Shown here piece by piece: positions 18,616 to 28,878 of a DNA stretch of 64,000 bases (position 1 is its first letter; each line of letters begins with the position of its first letter). The translations under genes were made by a program, and so were the position numbers. The notes under the pieces are model-generated. The model was not told the DNA's origin. It was given only the letters and a program-made list of their open reading frames with translations, and ran no database searches. Location: NCBI GenBank assembly GCA_963664325.2, contig CAXXDQ010000003.1, forward strand, positions 608,001 through 672,000, given 5' to 3'. This DNA comes from Desulfomonilia bacterium. GTDB lineage: Bacteria; Desulfobacterota; Desulfomonilia; UBA1062.

Positions 18616-20682
18616 ATGAGGAAATATATCGTTTTCGCTTTCATTCTTACGGTGACGATTATCACAGGCTGTTCGGGTAACGGTAATTCCGGATCGGATA
18701 CTCAGTACCTTGCACTTCACGAGGATTCGAGCAGTATTGCGTTGCCTGTTCCGATCACCCCGACCGAAGGCTATCAAATGCGGAAAGCTCTGTATATTAA
18801 TGATGCCCTTTCAAGCGATGGTCTTGATGCACAGGTCGTCCATGTTGCAAAGGGCGAGCCCGTTTCGGAGGCGCCCATCATTGAAGCGCTTGCCAAGGCC
18901 GACGCCAGAAAAGACTGCGCCGACTTCGGCCTTAATGCGATCCTCCGCATGCTTTGCATTGACAGGAGCACGCACTCGCTGCCTCCTGAGCTGCGCGATA
19001 AGATGAAAACAACCGTGCTCAATTTCAGGTACTTCTTTGACGAGCCGGGCGAAACCCAGACAATAACAACGACCGAAAACCACCAGATACTTTTCAATAC
19101 AGCCGAACTCCTGGCCGGAAGGCTCTATCCCGATGAGACGTTTACAAATTCAGGCATGACAGGCCTTCAGCATATTGAGCATGCACTGCACTGGGTCAAT
19201 TCATGGCTGGGCTTCAGGGGAAAATTCGGACTTACAGAATACCATTCAAACATCTACTATAACGAGACCATGCCGGCGCTCATCAATCTTGTGGATTTCT
19301 CGGATGATGTCGAGATATCCGCCAAGGCCTCAATTCTTCTGGACCTGATTGCTTTTGATTTTGCAAACAATTATTTCAAGGGCTCATACGCCACTGCCCA
19401 CGGCAGGACAGAGGACGGCAAGGAAGTGGCCCTTGGCCCTGACAAACTGCCGGGCAGGGAATCGACAAACGAGACAGCCTGGCTGATGCTGGGAATCGGC
19501 GATCATCTCGATCCAAGCCATTTTACTGCCGCCTTCCTTGCCACCAGCAGCTATGTGCCTCCTGCCATACTCGAGGAGATCGCGGCAGATGCAGCACCTG
19601 CGAATGAGCACAAAGAGAGGATGAGCCTCTCTCTCGACGATGCAGACAGTTTCGGAGTCGGATTCTCGAAAGAGGAGGATATCATATACTGGTGGACGAT
19701 GTCAGGCATGGTCGCGCCTTATGTGGTTGACGGCTCCATCATGCTGATGGACAAATACAACCTGGGCGCCGATGTCAGCAGTGATCTCGGGATGAGCGAC
19801 GACGATTTTTCCACCTTCATTAAAGTTTCTGCAGCAGCTCATTTGACCAATCCGACTGGATACAGCAAAATGCTTGGCGACCTTACGAGAGGTATTATGC
19901 TCGAGTCGGCAAATACATACACTTACCGCACGCCGGACTACCAGCTTTCCGGAGTTCAGGACCATCAGAAGGCCATGTCCAGCATGCAGGAGCTCATCTG
20001 GCAGGCTAGCCTTGACAAATATGCAACGGTTTTCACGAACTCGGGACCTACTCTCAGGGGAGAGGACTATGTGGGCGGTTGGAAACCGAGAGCGACGCTT
20101 TATAAAAACGTGGGCATAATCCAGTATGACCGCAATCCGGAGCTGCCGCTTATCGAATTGTTCATGCTGGCCATGGGTCCGGAATACTACACGCTGGCCT
20201 ATTTCCCTAAATGGGCTTTCGACCAGGTTGTTCCGGGATGCCACTGGACATTCGGGCGTAAGGGAGACGGCTATATAGGACTTTATTCGTTCCTGCCGCA
20301 GGTCTGGAACGAGAACAACATAGAGCTCAGGGCTCCCGGCAAACAGAACCTCTATATCGTGGAGATGGGCAGCAAGTCGGAAAACGGCTCATTCGAATCT
20401 TTCATGGCAGGCCTGAGCGGCGCAAAAATTGAGACCGCAGTAAAATGCAAAGGCTTTGATGTCAGATACGAATCGCCTTCACAGGGGCTGGTGCAGGTAG
20501 CCTGGGATGGACCAATGACAATAAATGGCCAGCAGGTGGATATCGGTCCCTACCAGCGCTTTGACGACAAGTACTGCTACCAGGAATTCGGCACCCAAAA
20601 GACGATCATTGACTTCGCAGGCAAGTCACTGGAACTGGATTTTGAGAATGCGACAAGAAGCTATTATAAAATGGAGGATTAA
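18616..20682 (+). CDS. Large hypothetical lipoprotein, possibly a carbohydrate-active alpha-toroid/beta-sandwich enzyme
   Basis: GGAGG RBS before ATG 18616; lipobox ITGC; motifs DCADF, TENHQILF, EYHS.IY, YRTPDYQLS; the fold guess is inference. Confidence 0.7.
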   Translation: MRKYIVFAFILTVTIITGCSGNGNSGSDTQYLALHEDSSSIALPVPITPTEGYQMRKALYINDALSSDGLDAQVVHVAKGEPVSEAPIIEALAKADARKDCADFGLNAILRMLCIDRSTHSLPPELRDKMKTTVLNFRYFFDEPGETQTITTTENHQILFNTAELLAGRLYPDETFTNSGMTGLQHIEHALHWVNSWLGFRGKFGLTEYHSNIYYNETMPALINLVDFSDDVEISAKASILLDLIAFDFANNYFKGSYATAHGRTEDGKEVALGPDKLPGRESTNETAWLMLGIGDHLDPSHFTAAFLATSSYVPPAILEEIAADAAPANEHKERMSLSLDDADSFGVGFSKEEDIIYWWTMSGMVAPYVVDGSIMLMDKYNLGADVSSDLGMSDDDFSTFIKVSAAAHLTNPTGYSKMLGDLTRGIMLESANTYTYRTPDYQLSGVQDHQKAMSSMQELIWQASLDKYATVFTNSGPTLRGEDYVGGWKPRATLYKNVGIIQYDRNPELPLIELFMLAMGPEYYTLAYFPKWAFDQVVPGCHWTFGRKGDGYIGLYSFLPQVWNENNIELRAPGKQNLYIVEMGSKSENGSFESFMAGLSGAKIETAVKCKGFDVRYESPSQGLVQVAWDGPMTINGQQVDIGPYQRFDDKYCYQEFGTQKTIIDFAGKSLELDFENATRSYYKMED

Positions 20683-20742
20683 TACAGGGCGTGATTATTT
20701 CATATCCCCGCTTCCCGGTCTGTTTTGTTCTGGCGCCCTGTA
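20683..20742. mobile_element. MITE-like element, minimal form (copy C)
   Basis: TA-CAGGGCGTGAT..CGGTCTG..TTGTTCTGGCGCCCTG-TA; both ends match the 23076 copy. Confidence 0.75.
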
Positions 20743-21062
20743 ACGTTCTGAATACTTGCAGGTTGAACTGAACTTATTCGGAGTCCGGTAATGTGTTCTG
20801 CCCCCCGAGCTCAGTTTATCAAAGGGGGGTGCCGGTTGGTGGCTATGTGAAGTGTTTTGCAGCCCGCAGAGCCTCTTATGCCAATAATCAGCAAAGTTTC
20901 AGCAGCGGGTTGATGCGAGGCAAGGCATGGATCATCGCTGGACCCTCTTTGATATCAATTCCCGGCCAAGGCCGGGGAAGCAGTATAACAGGTCGTACAT
21001 ATTTTTCGGCTTCATTCTGGCATTCAACAGAAGCAGTTCAAATCAGATGCTTTGAAAAGTCC

Positions 21063-21842
21063 TCAGCATTTATTTCTGACCGGGATGCCTTCTTTATCAA
21101 GATATTCCTTTATCTGCCGTACCGTATATGTCCCGTAATGAACCATTGAGGCAATCAGGGCGGCATCGGCATTGGCAACAGAAAGTACGTCCTTCAGATG
21201 TTCAGGTTTTCCGGCTCCTCCGGAAGCGATGACTGGTATGCCCACATTATCCGATATCATCTTGGTCAAAGTCAGCTCATAGCCCTCGTTTGTGCCGTCC
21301 GCATCAATGGAATTAAGGCATATTTCGCCTGCGCCGAGCTCTTCCGCACGTTTTGCCCATTTCAAGGCGTCAAGGCCCATAGGCGTCCTGCCTCCGTTAA
21401 TAACCACTTCATAACCGCTGGGAATTTTATCGCTGATGCCAACCTGCTTGGCATCCATTCCAAGGACTATGCACTGGTTGCCGAAAATAAGGGCTCCTTC
21501 TGAAATTATCGAGGGGTTCAATACCGCCGCGCTGTTAACACTGACCTTTTCCGCGCCGGCATTGAGCACCCGGTACATGTCATCGACGGTCCGCAAGCCT
21601 CCGCCTACGGAAAACGGAATGAATATATTCCGGGCCACCCTGTCAACCACGTCGATCATTATGTCGCGTTTGTCGGATGAGGCGGTTATATCGTAAAAAA
21701 CCAGTTCATCCACTCCCTGCTCATAATACTGCCTGGCCATTTCAACGGGATCGCCGATATCCAGATTGCCGAGAAATTTTACGCCTTTTGTCGTCTTGCC
21801 GTTCCTGACATCAAGACAGATTATGATCCTCTTGCTCAGCAT
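21063..21842 (-). CDS. hisF: Imidazole glycerol phosphate synthase cyclase subunit
   Basis: [51 protein letters not shown]. Confidence 0.97.
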   Translation of the reverse strand: MLSKRIIICLDVRNGKTTKGVKFLGNLDIGDPVEMARQYYEQGVDELVFYDITASSDKRDIMIDVVDRVARNIFIPFSVGGGLRTVDDMYRVLNAGAEKVSVNSAAVLNPSIISEGALIFGNQCIVLGMDAKQVGISDKIPSGYEVVINGGRTPMGLDALKWAKRAEELGAGEICLNSIDADGTNEGYELTLTKMISDNVGIPVIASGGAGKPEHLKDVLSVANADAALIASMVHYGTYTVRQIKEYLDKEGIPVRNKC

Positions 21843-21961
21843 TCATCCTCCATAACCTTGAATCATAAGGCCGCTTCTTTTTTTCATCATTACCCCGGCC
21901 GTTCTTTTTTCAACATCCGGTATGTACGGCAATTGTACAGGCCATGCATGATTTTACCAAA

Positions 21962-22573
21962 TTATTCCAGCTTCATCCAACACTCAAGGATTTTTTCAAA
22001 GGCGATCACCCCGTGCCTCAGGCAGACAGGTACATTGCCAGTAAGATCAATAAGTGTCGAAGGCAAACCGCCGGGGGTTTGCCCGCCGTCAAGCACTGCA
22101 TCGATATCAAGGCCATAGGAGATTATATCTTCTGCTCTTTCGGCTGGCTTCATCCCCGATGGATTTGCGGATGTCGATATGATTGGACCGAGATTTCGGG
22201 CCAGTTCCGTTGCCAGATGGTTGGGAGACACCCTGACTGCAATTTTTCCGTTCTGAATGAAACGGGCCGGTTCATGTGAGGGAAAGGGGCAGTTCAAAAC
22301 CGCACTCAAGGCTCCGGGCCAGAAATGGCAGAGCAGTGATTCCCGTCTGGAATCAATTTCCACAAGCCCTTTTGCCTGCGGGATTCCGGCAACCAGAACT
22401 ATCATGCCTTTTGCCGCATCCCGGCCTTTAACCTTAATTATGCGCTCGACAGCAAGGCTATCTGAAACCGGGCAACCCAGGCCATAGAAGGTTTCCGTAG
22501 GGTAGGCGAATATGGCCCCCGGTTTTTTTCTGGACAGGTCTGTAATTTCTTCAACAGAGGAGGTGACAAGCAT
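21962..22573 (-). CDS. tsaC: L-threonylcarbamoyladenylate synthase (Sua5/YrdC)
   Basis: YPTETFYGLG, KGR, FWPG, STSANPSG, PSTLID. Confidence 0.9.
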   Translation of the reverse strand: MLVTSSVEEITDLSRKKPGAIFAYPTETFYGLGCPVSDSLAVERIIKVKGRDAAKGMIVLVAGIPQAKGLVEIDSRRESLLCHFWPGALSAVLNCPFPSHEPARFIQNGKIAVRVSPNHLATELARNLGPIISTSANPSGMKPAERAEDIISYGLDIDAVLDGGQTPGGLPSTLIDLTGNVPVCLRHGVIAFEKILECWMKLE

Positions 22574-22574
22574 T

Positions 22575-23063
22575 CTAGGTGTTTCTCACCTCTTTGTCTG
22601 AGGCCAGAACAGTTTCTTTCTGGGCGGCCCTGTATGACGACAGTTTTTGTCTGAAGGACGGTTCTGCAATAGCGAGCATTTCCACGGCAAGAAGGGCGGC
22701 ATTTTTTGCCCCGGCCTTTCCGATGCCGGTTGTCGCGACAGGTATTCCCGGGGGCATCTGGACGATTGAGAACAGGGCGTCGATTCCGCCGAGGGACGAG
22801 GCGTTGACCGGCACGCCGATTACCGGGAGCGTTGTATAGGCTGCTATGACTCCGGGCAGATGTGCCGCCATGCCGGCGCCGGCAATAATTGCTGAAATGC
22901 CGTTGTCTGCAGCTCCTTTCGCAAATGCCGCAACTTCGTCAGGGCATCTGTGGGCGGATAGCACCCTCAATTCGGTCTCGATCCCGAACTGCTTTAACAG
23001 TACTGTTGCCTCTTCCATGACCGGCAGGTCGGATTTGCTTCCCATAATAACAGCAACCTTCAT
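22575..23063 (-). CDS. purE: N5-CAIR mutase / AIR carboxylase
   Basis: IMGSKSD, SAHR, AGAGMAAHLPG, SIVQMPPGIPV. Confidence 0.97.
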   Translation of the reverse strand: MKVAVIMGSKSDLPVMEEATVLLKQFGIETELRVLSAHRCPDEVAAFAKGAADNGISAIIAGAGMAAHLPGVIAAYTTLPVIGVPVNASSLGGIDALFSIVQMPPGIPVATTGIGKAGAKNAALLAVEMLAIAEPSFRQKLSSYRAAQKETVLASDKEVRNT

Positions 23064-23075
23064 TTCCCCTCCTTG

Positions 23076-23197
23076 TCAGGGCGTGATAACTGCGCATACC
23101 ATTGTCACTTCCTTGCCTCGTCATTGCGGCGTACGTCTATGTACGCCTCATTCCTCGGCTTCGTCGATCCTCGGTCTGCGTTGTTCTGACGCCCTGA
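23076..23197. mobile_element. MITE-like element, medium form (copy D), immediately upstream of the purE RBS
   Basis: TCAGGGCGTGATAAC..GGCGTAC-gtctat-GTACGCC..GTTCTGACGCCCTGA. Confidence 0.8.
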
Positions 23198-23256
23198 AGT
23201 CTCTAAAAATTTACTAGATTATTGTTCCAAAATTCCAATTTCTTTAAAACAATTTT

Positions 23257-24063
23257 TCAATAATTACACATCAACAATGATTTGACAAAATTATAAGTCG
23301 AATAGTGGTTGTTGGTGATTGAGGCAAAATTATGTTCCCCTCCGAACATTTTGTCCATTATTTCTTCAACTGTCGAGCCGCTTGTACTGAGGGCGGCCGC
23401 CTTCTCTGCGAGGCCGGTTATGTAGGTTATGCAATCGGATAAGGCCTTTCTGCCGTCCCTAACGATTTTGCCGACCGATGTAAGGAGGATGAGCCTTTCA
23501 CAAGGCAGGGCAATGAGAGAGCGCATTGACTTTATCATGCCGCTGACGTCTTCCTCGGGTCTTATGAACTTAGGCCTCTCGCGGGCGAATATGTCCCCGG
23601 AGAAGCACCAGCCTTTTGAAAGCTCAACCAGGGCGATATGGCCGGCGCTGTGGCCGGGAGTTTCAATGACCTGAAATGTAAAGTTATCGGTTTTAATTTC
23701 ATCCGGGACCGGTTTTACTATAGTAGGTTCCGGGAAACCCCAGACCGTTTCCTGATAGGGGTAAAGCTCGATCTTATGAGAGATGCGCTTTACAGAATCC
23801 GGGTGTGCGAATATATCGATTCCCAGCCTCTCCAGAAGCATCCTGTTTGCTCCGATGTGATCTTCGTGGAAATGCGTATTGACGGCAAGCTTGACTCCCC
23901 TGCTTTCAAGAAATTTCAGCAGTTCATCTGCGGTATACGAGCAGCCCGTATCTATCAGCAGTCCGTCAACAAGGTACGCGGAAACCCAGTAAACCGGCTT
24001 GCCGTCAATCTCACGGCTCATTCTGATCTGTGTGATACCTTCAAAATTATCTGTTTCAAGCAT
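23257..24063 (-). CDS. MBL-fold metallo-hydrolase
   Basis: LLIDTG, THFHEDHIG, TPGHSAGH, FSGD. Confidence 0.9.
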   Translation of the reverse strand: MLETDNFEGITQIRMSREIDGKPVYWVSAYLVDGLLIDTGCSYTADELLKFLESRGVKLAVNTHFHEDHIGANRMLLERLGIDIFAHPDSVKRISHKIELYPYQETVWGFPEPTIVKPVPDEIKTDNFTFQVIETPGHSAGHIALVELSKGWCFSGDIFARERPKFIRPEEDVSGMIKSMRSLIALPCERLILLTSVGKIVRDGRKALSDCITYITGLAEKAAALSTSGSTVEEIMDKMFGGEHNFASITNNHYSTYNFVKSLLMCNY

Positions 24064-24098
24064 GATTACATTGGCCTATTTTTAAGATCTTATATTGC

Positions 24099-24133
24099 TC
24101 ACCACTCACCACTCACCACTCCTGACTCACCAC
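24099..24133. repeat. Heptamer tandem repeat (TCACCAC x5, one variant) directly after the purD stop
   Basis: tcaccac tcaccac tcaccac tcctgac tcaccac. Confidence 0.85.
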
Positions 24134-25410
24134 TATTCTCTGATAAGCGCTTTTTTCCCTATATCCTTCCTGTAATGCATGCCTTCGAATCTTATGAGAC
24201 CGGCTGCCTTGTATGCTTTTTCCAGGGCCGATTTTATATCCGGCCCCAGGGACGTAACGCCGAGCACCCTGCCGCCTGATGTTGTAATTAGATCTCCCTG
24301 CCTTTTCGTACCTGCATGGAAGACCTTGACACCATCTATTGCATCGGCCTTTTCAATCCCGTGTATCGGGAGGCCCTTCTTATAGTCGCCGGGGTATCCG
24401 CCCGAGGCCATGACCACACAGACTGCCGTGCCCGGCTCCCATTCAAGTTTCACATCCCTTATGCTGCCGCCGCTGGCCACTTCCAGCATTAAGGGAACTA
24501 TATCGCTCTTGAGCCTCATCAGAAGAGGCTGTGTCTCCGGATCACCCATCCTGACATTGAATTCAAGTACATGAACGCCCTTGTCGGTTATCATGAGACC
24601 GGCATAAATGACGCCTTTATAGATTATGCCCTTTTTCTTCAATCCCCTGACCAGCGGGTAAAGGATTTTATCCATGACATCCGAAAACATTTTATCGTCC
24701 ATGACCGGAGCAGGTGAATAGGCTCCCATGCCTCCGGTATTGGGGCCGTCGTCATTGTCGAAAACCGGTTTGTGGTCCTGGGATGATGCAAGAGGAACTA
24801 TATTATCCCCGTCGCAAATTGCTATGAAGGACGCCTCTTCGCCGATGAGTTTTTCTTCCATTATGACGATGTCGCCTGCGTCCCCGTAGAGCTTGTCAAG
24901 CATCACCTCATCAAGGGCCCTGAAAGCCTCGTCGCGGTCGCAGGTTACGATGACGCCTTTGCCTGCCGCAAGTCCGTCGGCTTTTACCACGAGATCGAAA
25001 CATGCATTGCCGATATAGTCTCTTGCCGCGTTGTAATTGTTGAAAATGCCGTATTCAGCCGTCGGTATCCCGAACTCTTTCATGATGTCCTTTGAAAATG
25101 CCTTGGAGCCTTCAAGCTGAGCGGCCTTTTTGTCAGGTCCGAAAATCTTAAGCCCTTCTGATGCAAAGGCATCAACGATCCCCTCGGAAAGAGGGACTTC
25201 CGGGCCGACCACAGTCAGGCCGATATCGTTTGTCTTTGCAAATTTGATGAGCCCTGCAAAATCACTCACACCCAGGTCGACGCAGTTTGCATCAAAGTCG
25301 ATGCCGCCGTTTCCGGGTGCGCAGAAAACCGTATCCACAAGCTGGCTTCCGGCGATCTTCCAGCACAGTGCATGTTCTCTCCCTCCCGAGCCTATCACGA
25401 GAACCTTCAT
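24133..25410 (-). CDS. purD: Phosphoribosylamine-glycine ligase
   Basis: GSGGREHAL, VVGPE, KADGLAAGKGV, GPNTGGMGAYSP, GGRVL. Confidence 0.98.
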   Translation of the reverse strand: MKVLVIGSGGREHALCWKIAGSQLVDTVFCAPGNGGIDFDANCVDLGVSDFAGLIKFAKTNDIGLTVVGPEVPLSEGIVDAFASEGLKIFGPDKKAAQLEGSKAFSKDIMKEFGIPTAEYGIFNNYNAARDYIGNACFDLVVKADGLAAGKGVIVTCDRDEAFRALDEVMLDKLYGDAGDIVIMEEKLIGEEASFIAICDGDNIVPLASSQDHKPVFDNDDGPNTGGMGAYSPAPVMDDKMFSDVMDKILYPLVRGLKKKGIIYKGVIYAGLMITDKGVHVLEFNVRMGDPETQPLLMRLKSDIVPLMLEVASGGSIRDVKLEWEPGTAVCVVMASGGYPGDYKKGLPIHGIEKADAIDGVKVFHAGTKRQGDLITTSGGRVLGVTSLGPDIKSALEKAYKAAGLIRFEGMHYRKDIGKKALIRE

Positions 25411-25436
25411 TCTTCATCCTCCGGATTCTTTATTAT

Positions 25437-25629
25437 GCAGGACGCCGGAACTTTGCATCTCTTTGATTCAGGCCATAAATGGCCTTCACCCTTCGGGCGC
25501 ATCTTCGATGCGTCAATTTTCGTGAAACGAAAATTTGTCGCGCCTCGTGGAAACGCTGCAGCGTACGTTCAAGTACGCTTCGCATTTCCGCTTCGTCACT
25601 CCTCGATCTGCTTTGTTCCGAAGCCCTGC
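25437..25629. mobile_element. MITE-like element, long form (copy E)
   Basis: Colinear with copy A; imperfect TIR GCAGGACGCCGGAAC / GTTCCGAAGCCCTGC. Confidence 0.75.
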
Positions 25630-25810
25630 CTTATCGGTGAGTCAATCTTGTAATTATGTTTGTTGCATAGTGCTGAAAGCACTTTATCAGAATCACACCA
25701 GTTAAGGCTATACTAAAGCTGATATTTGGATATCCTAATGAACAGTAATAAAATAATCTGGTATCATGATATTCCTAAGAATGATCAATCACATCGGCAA
25801 ATTATAAATA

Positions 25811-25935
25811 TACAGGGTGTTATAACAAAGCAGGTCAAGGAGCGACGAAATCGAGTCATGAGGCATACTTTAATCGTATGCCGCAATGACTTCGATGAGG
25901 AGCAACGCAGAGATGCAAAATTATAACGCCATGTA
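25811..25935. mobile_element. MITE-like element, medium form in reverse orientation (copy F), just after the purH stop
   Basis: TA-CAGGGTGTTATAAC..GGCATAC-tttaatc-GTATGCC..TTATAACGCCATG-TA. Confidence 0.8.
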
Positions 25936-25938
25936 ATA

Positions 25939-27510
25939 TTAATGGCGGAAATGACGCATCCCCGTAAATATCATGGCCATGTTGTGTTCATCGGCTGCCT
26001 GTATCACTTCTTCATCCCTGACCGAGCCTCCGGGCTGGACAACCGCTGTCGCGCCTGCATTCGCCGCCTCGTCGATGCCGTCCCTGAACGGGAAGAATGC
26101 GTCCGACGCCACGACCGAACCCTTGAGCGTCAGCCCGGCATTGCCGGCCTTGATTATAGCGAGCCTGGAAGAGTCGACCCTGCTCATCTGTCCGGCGCCG
26201 ACACCTATAAGCTGATCCTTTGAGGCATAGACAACGGCGTTTGACTTTACGAATTTGACGATGCGCCATGCAAACTGAAGCGCCTCGAGCTCTTCCGCAG
26301 CAGGCGGCCTTTTGGTTACGACCTTTGCATTTTTCAGGTCAACAATGCCGAGGTCCCGTTCCTGGAGCAGAAGCCCGCCGGTTACGCGCCTTGTGGAGGC
26401 CATCTGCTTTTTGGCGGCAGGTCCCGCAAGTATTTCGGGTACGTTCAAAAGCCTGATGTTCTTCTTTTCTTCGAGAATCTTCAAGGCCTCATCGGTATAG
26501 CCCGGTGCTACGACGACTTCGGTGAACACTTCGCCGATTGCCTTTGCGGTTTCCGCATCGACTATCCTGTTCAGCCCCACTATGCCGCCGAAAGCGCTGA
26601 CGTTATCGACGGCGAATGCATTTCTGTAAGCTTCGGCAAGAGAAGAATCCGACTGGGCGGCGCCGCAAGGGTTGGAATGCTTCAGGATAACGCAGGCCGG
26701 CTTGTCGAAGTCCATGATCATGTCGAGAGCGGCATCCGAATCCATGATATTGTTGTATGAGAGCTCCTTGCCCCAGAGCTGTTCGGCTGTTGCAATGGAA
26801 GGCTGATTGATGGCGGTCTCTGCATAAAAAGCTGCCTTCTGATGAGGGTTTTCACCGTACCTTAAAAGCTGTCTGCGATTAAACTGGACGGTGTATGTAA
26901 GCGGGAACTGGCCTTCTTCTACATCTATGCCCTGAAGATAATTTGAAATGGCCGCATCATAGCGGGCCGTTAATGAAAACGCCTTTCTGGCGAGGTTGAA
27001 ATTCGTCCTGGTGCTGATGCCGCCTCCCGAGGCCGTCATTTCTTCGATAATCGATGCATAGTCCGCAGGGTCTGTGACCACGCTTACAAACTCATAATTT
27101 TTTGAGGCGGCGCGAAGCATTGCCGGGCCGCCGATATCTATATTTTCTATCGCCTCATGCATCTGTGCACCCTTGGCGACCGTGTCCTCAAAACGATAGA
27201 GGTTTACAACGAGCATATCAATCGGTTTTATGCCGTGCTCTTTCATTGAAGCCGCATGTCCTGGGTTGTTTCTGAGTGCAAGCATGCCGCCGTGAACCTT
27301 GGGATGCAGGGTCTTCAGCCTGCCGTCCATCATCTCCGGAAAACCGGTAAAGTCTGATATGTCGATTACAGTAAGCCCGTTTTCCCTGAGCATTTTTGCA
27401 GTCCCTCCGGTTGAGATTATTTCCACGCCGAAAGATGCAAGATCCTTTGCAAAAGCGGCGATTCCCGCCTTGTCTGTAACGCTTATCAGTACCCTTTCAA
27501 TTTTTGGCAT
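25939..27510 (-). CDS. purH: Bifunctional AICAR transformylase / IMP cyclohydrolase
   Basis: [45 protein letters not shown]. Confidence 0.98.
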   Translation of the reverse strand: MPKIERVLISVTDKAGIAAFAKDLASFGVEIISTGGTAKMLRENGLTVIDISDFTGFPEMMDGRLKTLHPKVHGGMLALRNNPGHAASMKEHGIKPIDMLVVNLYRFEDTVAKGAQMHEAIENIDIGGPAMLRAASKNYEFVSVVTDPADYASIIEEMTASGGGISTRTNFNLARKAFSLTARYDAAISNYLQGIDVEEGQFPLTYTVQFNRRQLLRYGENPHQKAAFYAETAINQPSIATAEQLWGKELSYNNIMDSDAALDMIMDFDKPACVILKHSNPCGAAQSDSSLAEAYRNAFAVDNVSAFGGIVGLNRIVDAETAKAIGEVFTEVVVAPGYTDEALKILEEKKNIRLLNVPEILAGPAAKKQMASTRRVTGGLLLQERDLGIVDLKNAKVVTKRPPAAEELEALQFAWRIVKFVKSNAVVYASKDQLIGVGAGQMSRVDSSRLAIIKAGNAGLTLKGSVVASDAFFPFRDGIDEAANAGATAVVQPGGSVRDEEVIQAADEHNMAMIFTGMRHFRH

Positions 27511-27549
27511 TATAACTCCTTATATTTTGGTTTGCGGCGGTGTTTATCA

Positions 27550-28146
27550 TCAGTTCAGGGTTGTATCGCCGGATTTGTCTGCGCCCACATAATACCATGC
27601 AAAGACAGGGACGATCATTTTGAAAAGTCCCTTGTCCACCTGGCTTATGTACTTGAGCTGTTCCGAGATATCCTTACCGTCGATCTCTCCTGAAACAAGA
27701 CCCTCACTCAAAATGGAAATTCTCTGCAGGAGGTCTTCCCTGAGGGCTGCATCTTCTATCTTGTTTATTATATATCTGCCCAGCTCATAAAACGCGGTTT
27801 CAATATCCATCATTCCCAGGACGTTGTAGTATTCGCTTTCAAGCTCGTCCATCATGGCTATCAGGTACGATTTCCCGTCCTCAAGCCCGAGCCTGTAGGT
27901 GTCCTCGAACATAACCTTGTCCGATCCGTCAATAAAGGGGGTGGCAAAATCGATTGCGGAAAATTCCCTGACATAGGGGTGATTTTCGCCAAACACCGTT
28001 GATATTTTTTTCTTGGTGTCTTCTCTCCACTTGATGGCCGATTTTTTTTCAACCCTGGGGCTTTCAAGAAGCTTGTCAAGATTGTGCATCAGCTCTTCCA
28101 TAAAGTCGATGATTTCTTCCATGGGGTATATTGTCTTCATAGCCAT
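27550..28146 (-). CDS. Hypothetical protein, predicted helical
   Basis: 198-aa ORF co-oriented with purH; no certain motif. Confidence 0.65.
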   Translation of the reverse strand: MAMKTIYPMEEIIDFMEELMHNLDKLLESPRVEKKSAIKWREDTKKKISTVFGENHPYVREFSAIDFATPFIDGSDKVMFEDTYRLGLEDGKSYLIAMMDELESEYYNVLGMMDIETAFYELGRYIINKIEDAALREDLLQRISILSEGLVSGEIDGKDISEQLKYISQVDKGLFKMIVPVFAWYYVGADKSGDTTLN

Positions 28147-28218
28147 TATCTATACACAGCAATAATGTTGGCGGTCAAGACTGTTCATTATATCTCCATT
28201 ATGGTACATTGTTTCGCT

Positions 28219-28878
28219 ATGGATGAGTTGGCAAGCAGAGAAAAGCTGGCATGCCTTGTAAACACCAAACTGGTGAGCAGGACAAGAAAAGAGATTTTTG
28301 TTAAAGGACTTAAACCTGCAGCCGTGCTCGTGCCTGTTTGTTTTATTGATGGCAAGCCTCAGATTATACTTACGAAACGCTCAATGAGAGTCGAGCATCA
28401 CAAGGGGGAGATTTCCTTTCCCGGCGGGCATGCGGAACCCGGCGACGCATCGCCTGTCGAGACTGCACTCAGGGAGGCCGAGGAGGAAATAGGCCTCAAA
28501 CCTGATGATGTTGAAATTTTAGGGCTGCTTGATGATTATATTACAATATCCGACTTTCATATTACCCCTGTGTTAGGAATTGTCCCCTGGCCTTATGACC
28601 TGAGAATAAACAGCGAATCTGAAACGTTGTTTTTTTTACCCCTTTCCGATGTGCTTTCCGATACTGCATGGATGTTGGAAAGGACCTCGATTAAAGGCCA
28701 CGGATTCGAGCTTTTCTGCCTTGAAACCCCTGATGGTGTTATATGGGGCGCCACTGCAAAAATTCTGCGCCAGTTTGCCGAAGTCCTGTTGGGCCGGGAA
28801 CCGGCAACCAGACCCATGACGGAAACGGCCAAGCAATGGATACTTTCTGTCGTCGCCTCGCAGGAGGCGTATAAATGA
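28219..28878 (+). CDS. Nudix CoA pyrophosphatase (NudL-like)
   Basis: AAVLVP, LTKRS..HKGEISFPGG, ALREAEEEIG, IWGATA; start codon uncertain. Confidence 0.9.
   Translation: MDELASREKLACLVNTKLVSRTRKEIFVKGLKPAAVLVPVCFIDGKPQIILTKRSMRVEHHKGEISFPGGHAEPGDASPVETALREAEEEIGLKPDDVEILGLLDDYITISDFHITPVLGIVPWPYDLRINSESETLFFLPLSDVLSDTAWMLERTSIKGHGFELFCLETPDGVIWGATAKILRQFAEVLLGREPATRPMTETAKQWILSVVASQEAYK

Noticed and set aside
20743-21062. Possible small gene or ncRNA in the spacer before the hisF end
   Set aside because: The 118-aa ORF overlaps hisF antisense and has no motif; only one small hairpin is present and no RNA family is recognisable.
25437-25935. Purine/ZTP riboswitch between purH and purD
   Set aside because: The structured sequences are copies of the dispersed MITE family, which also occurs next to unrelated genes.
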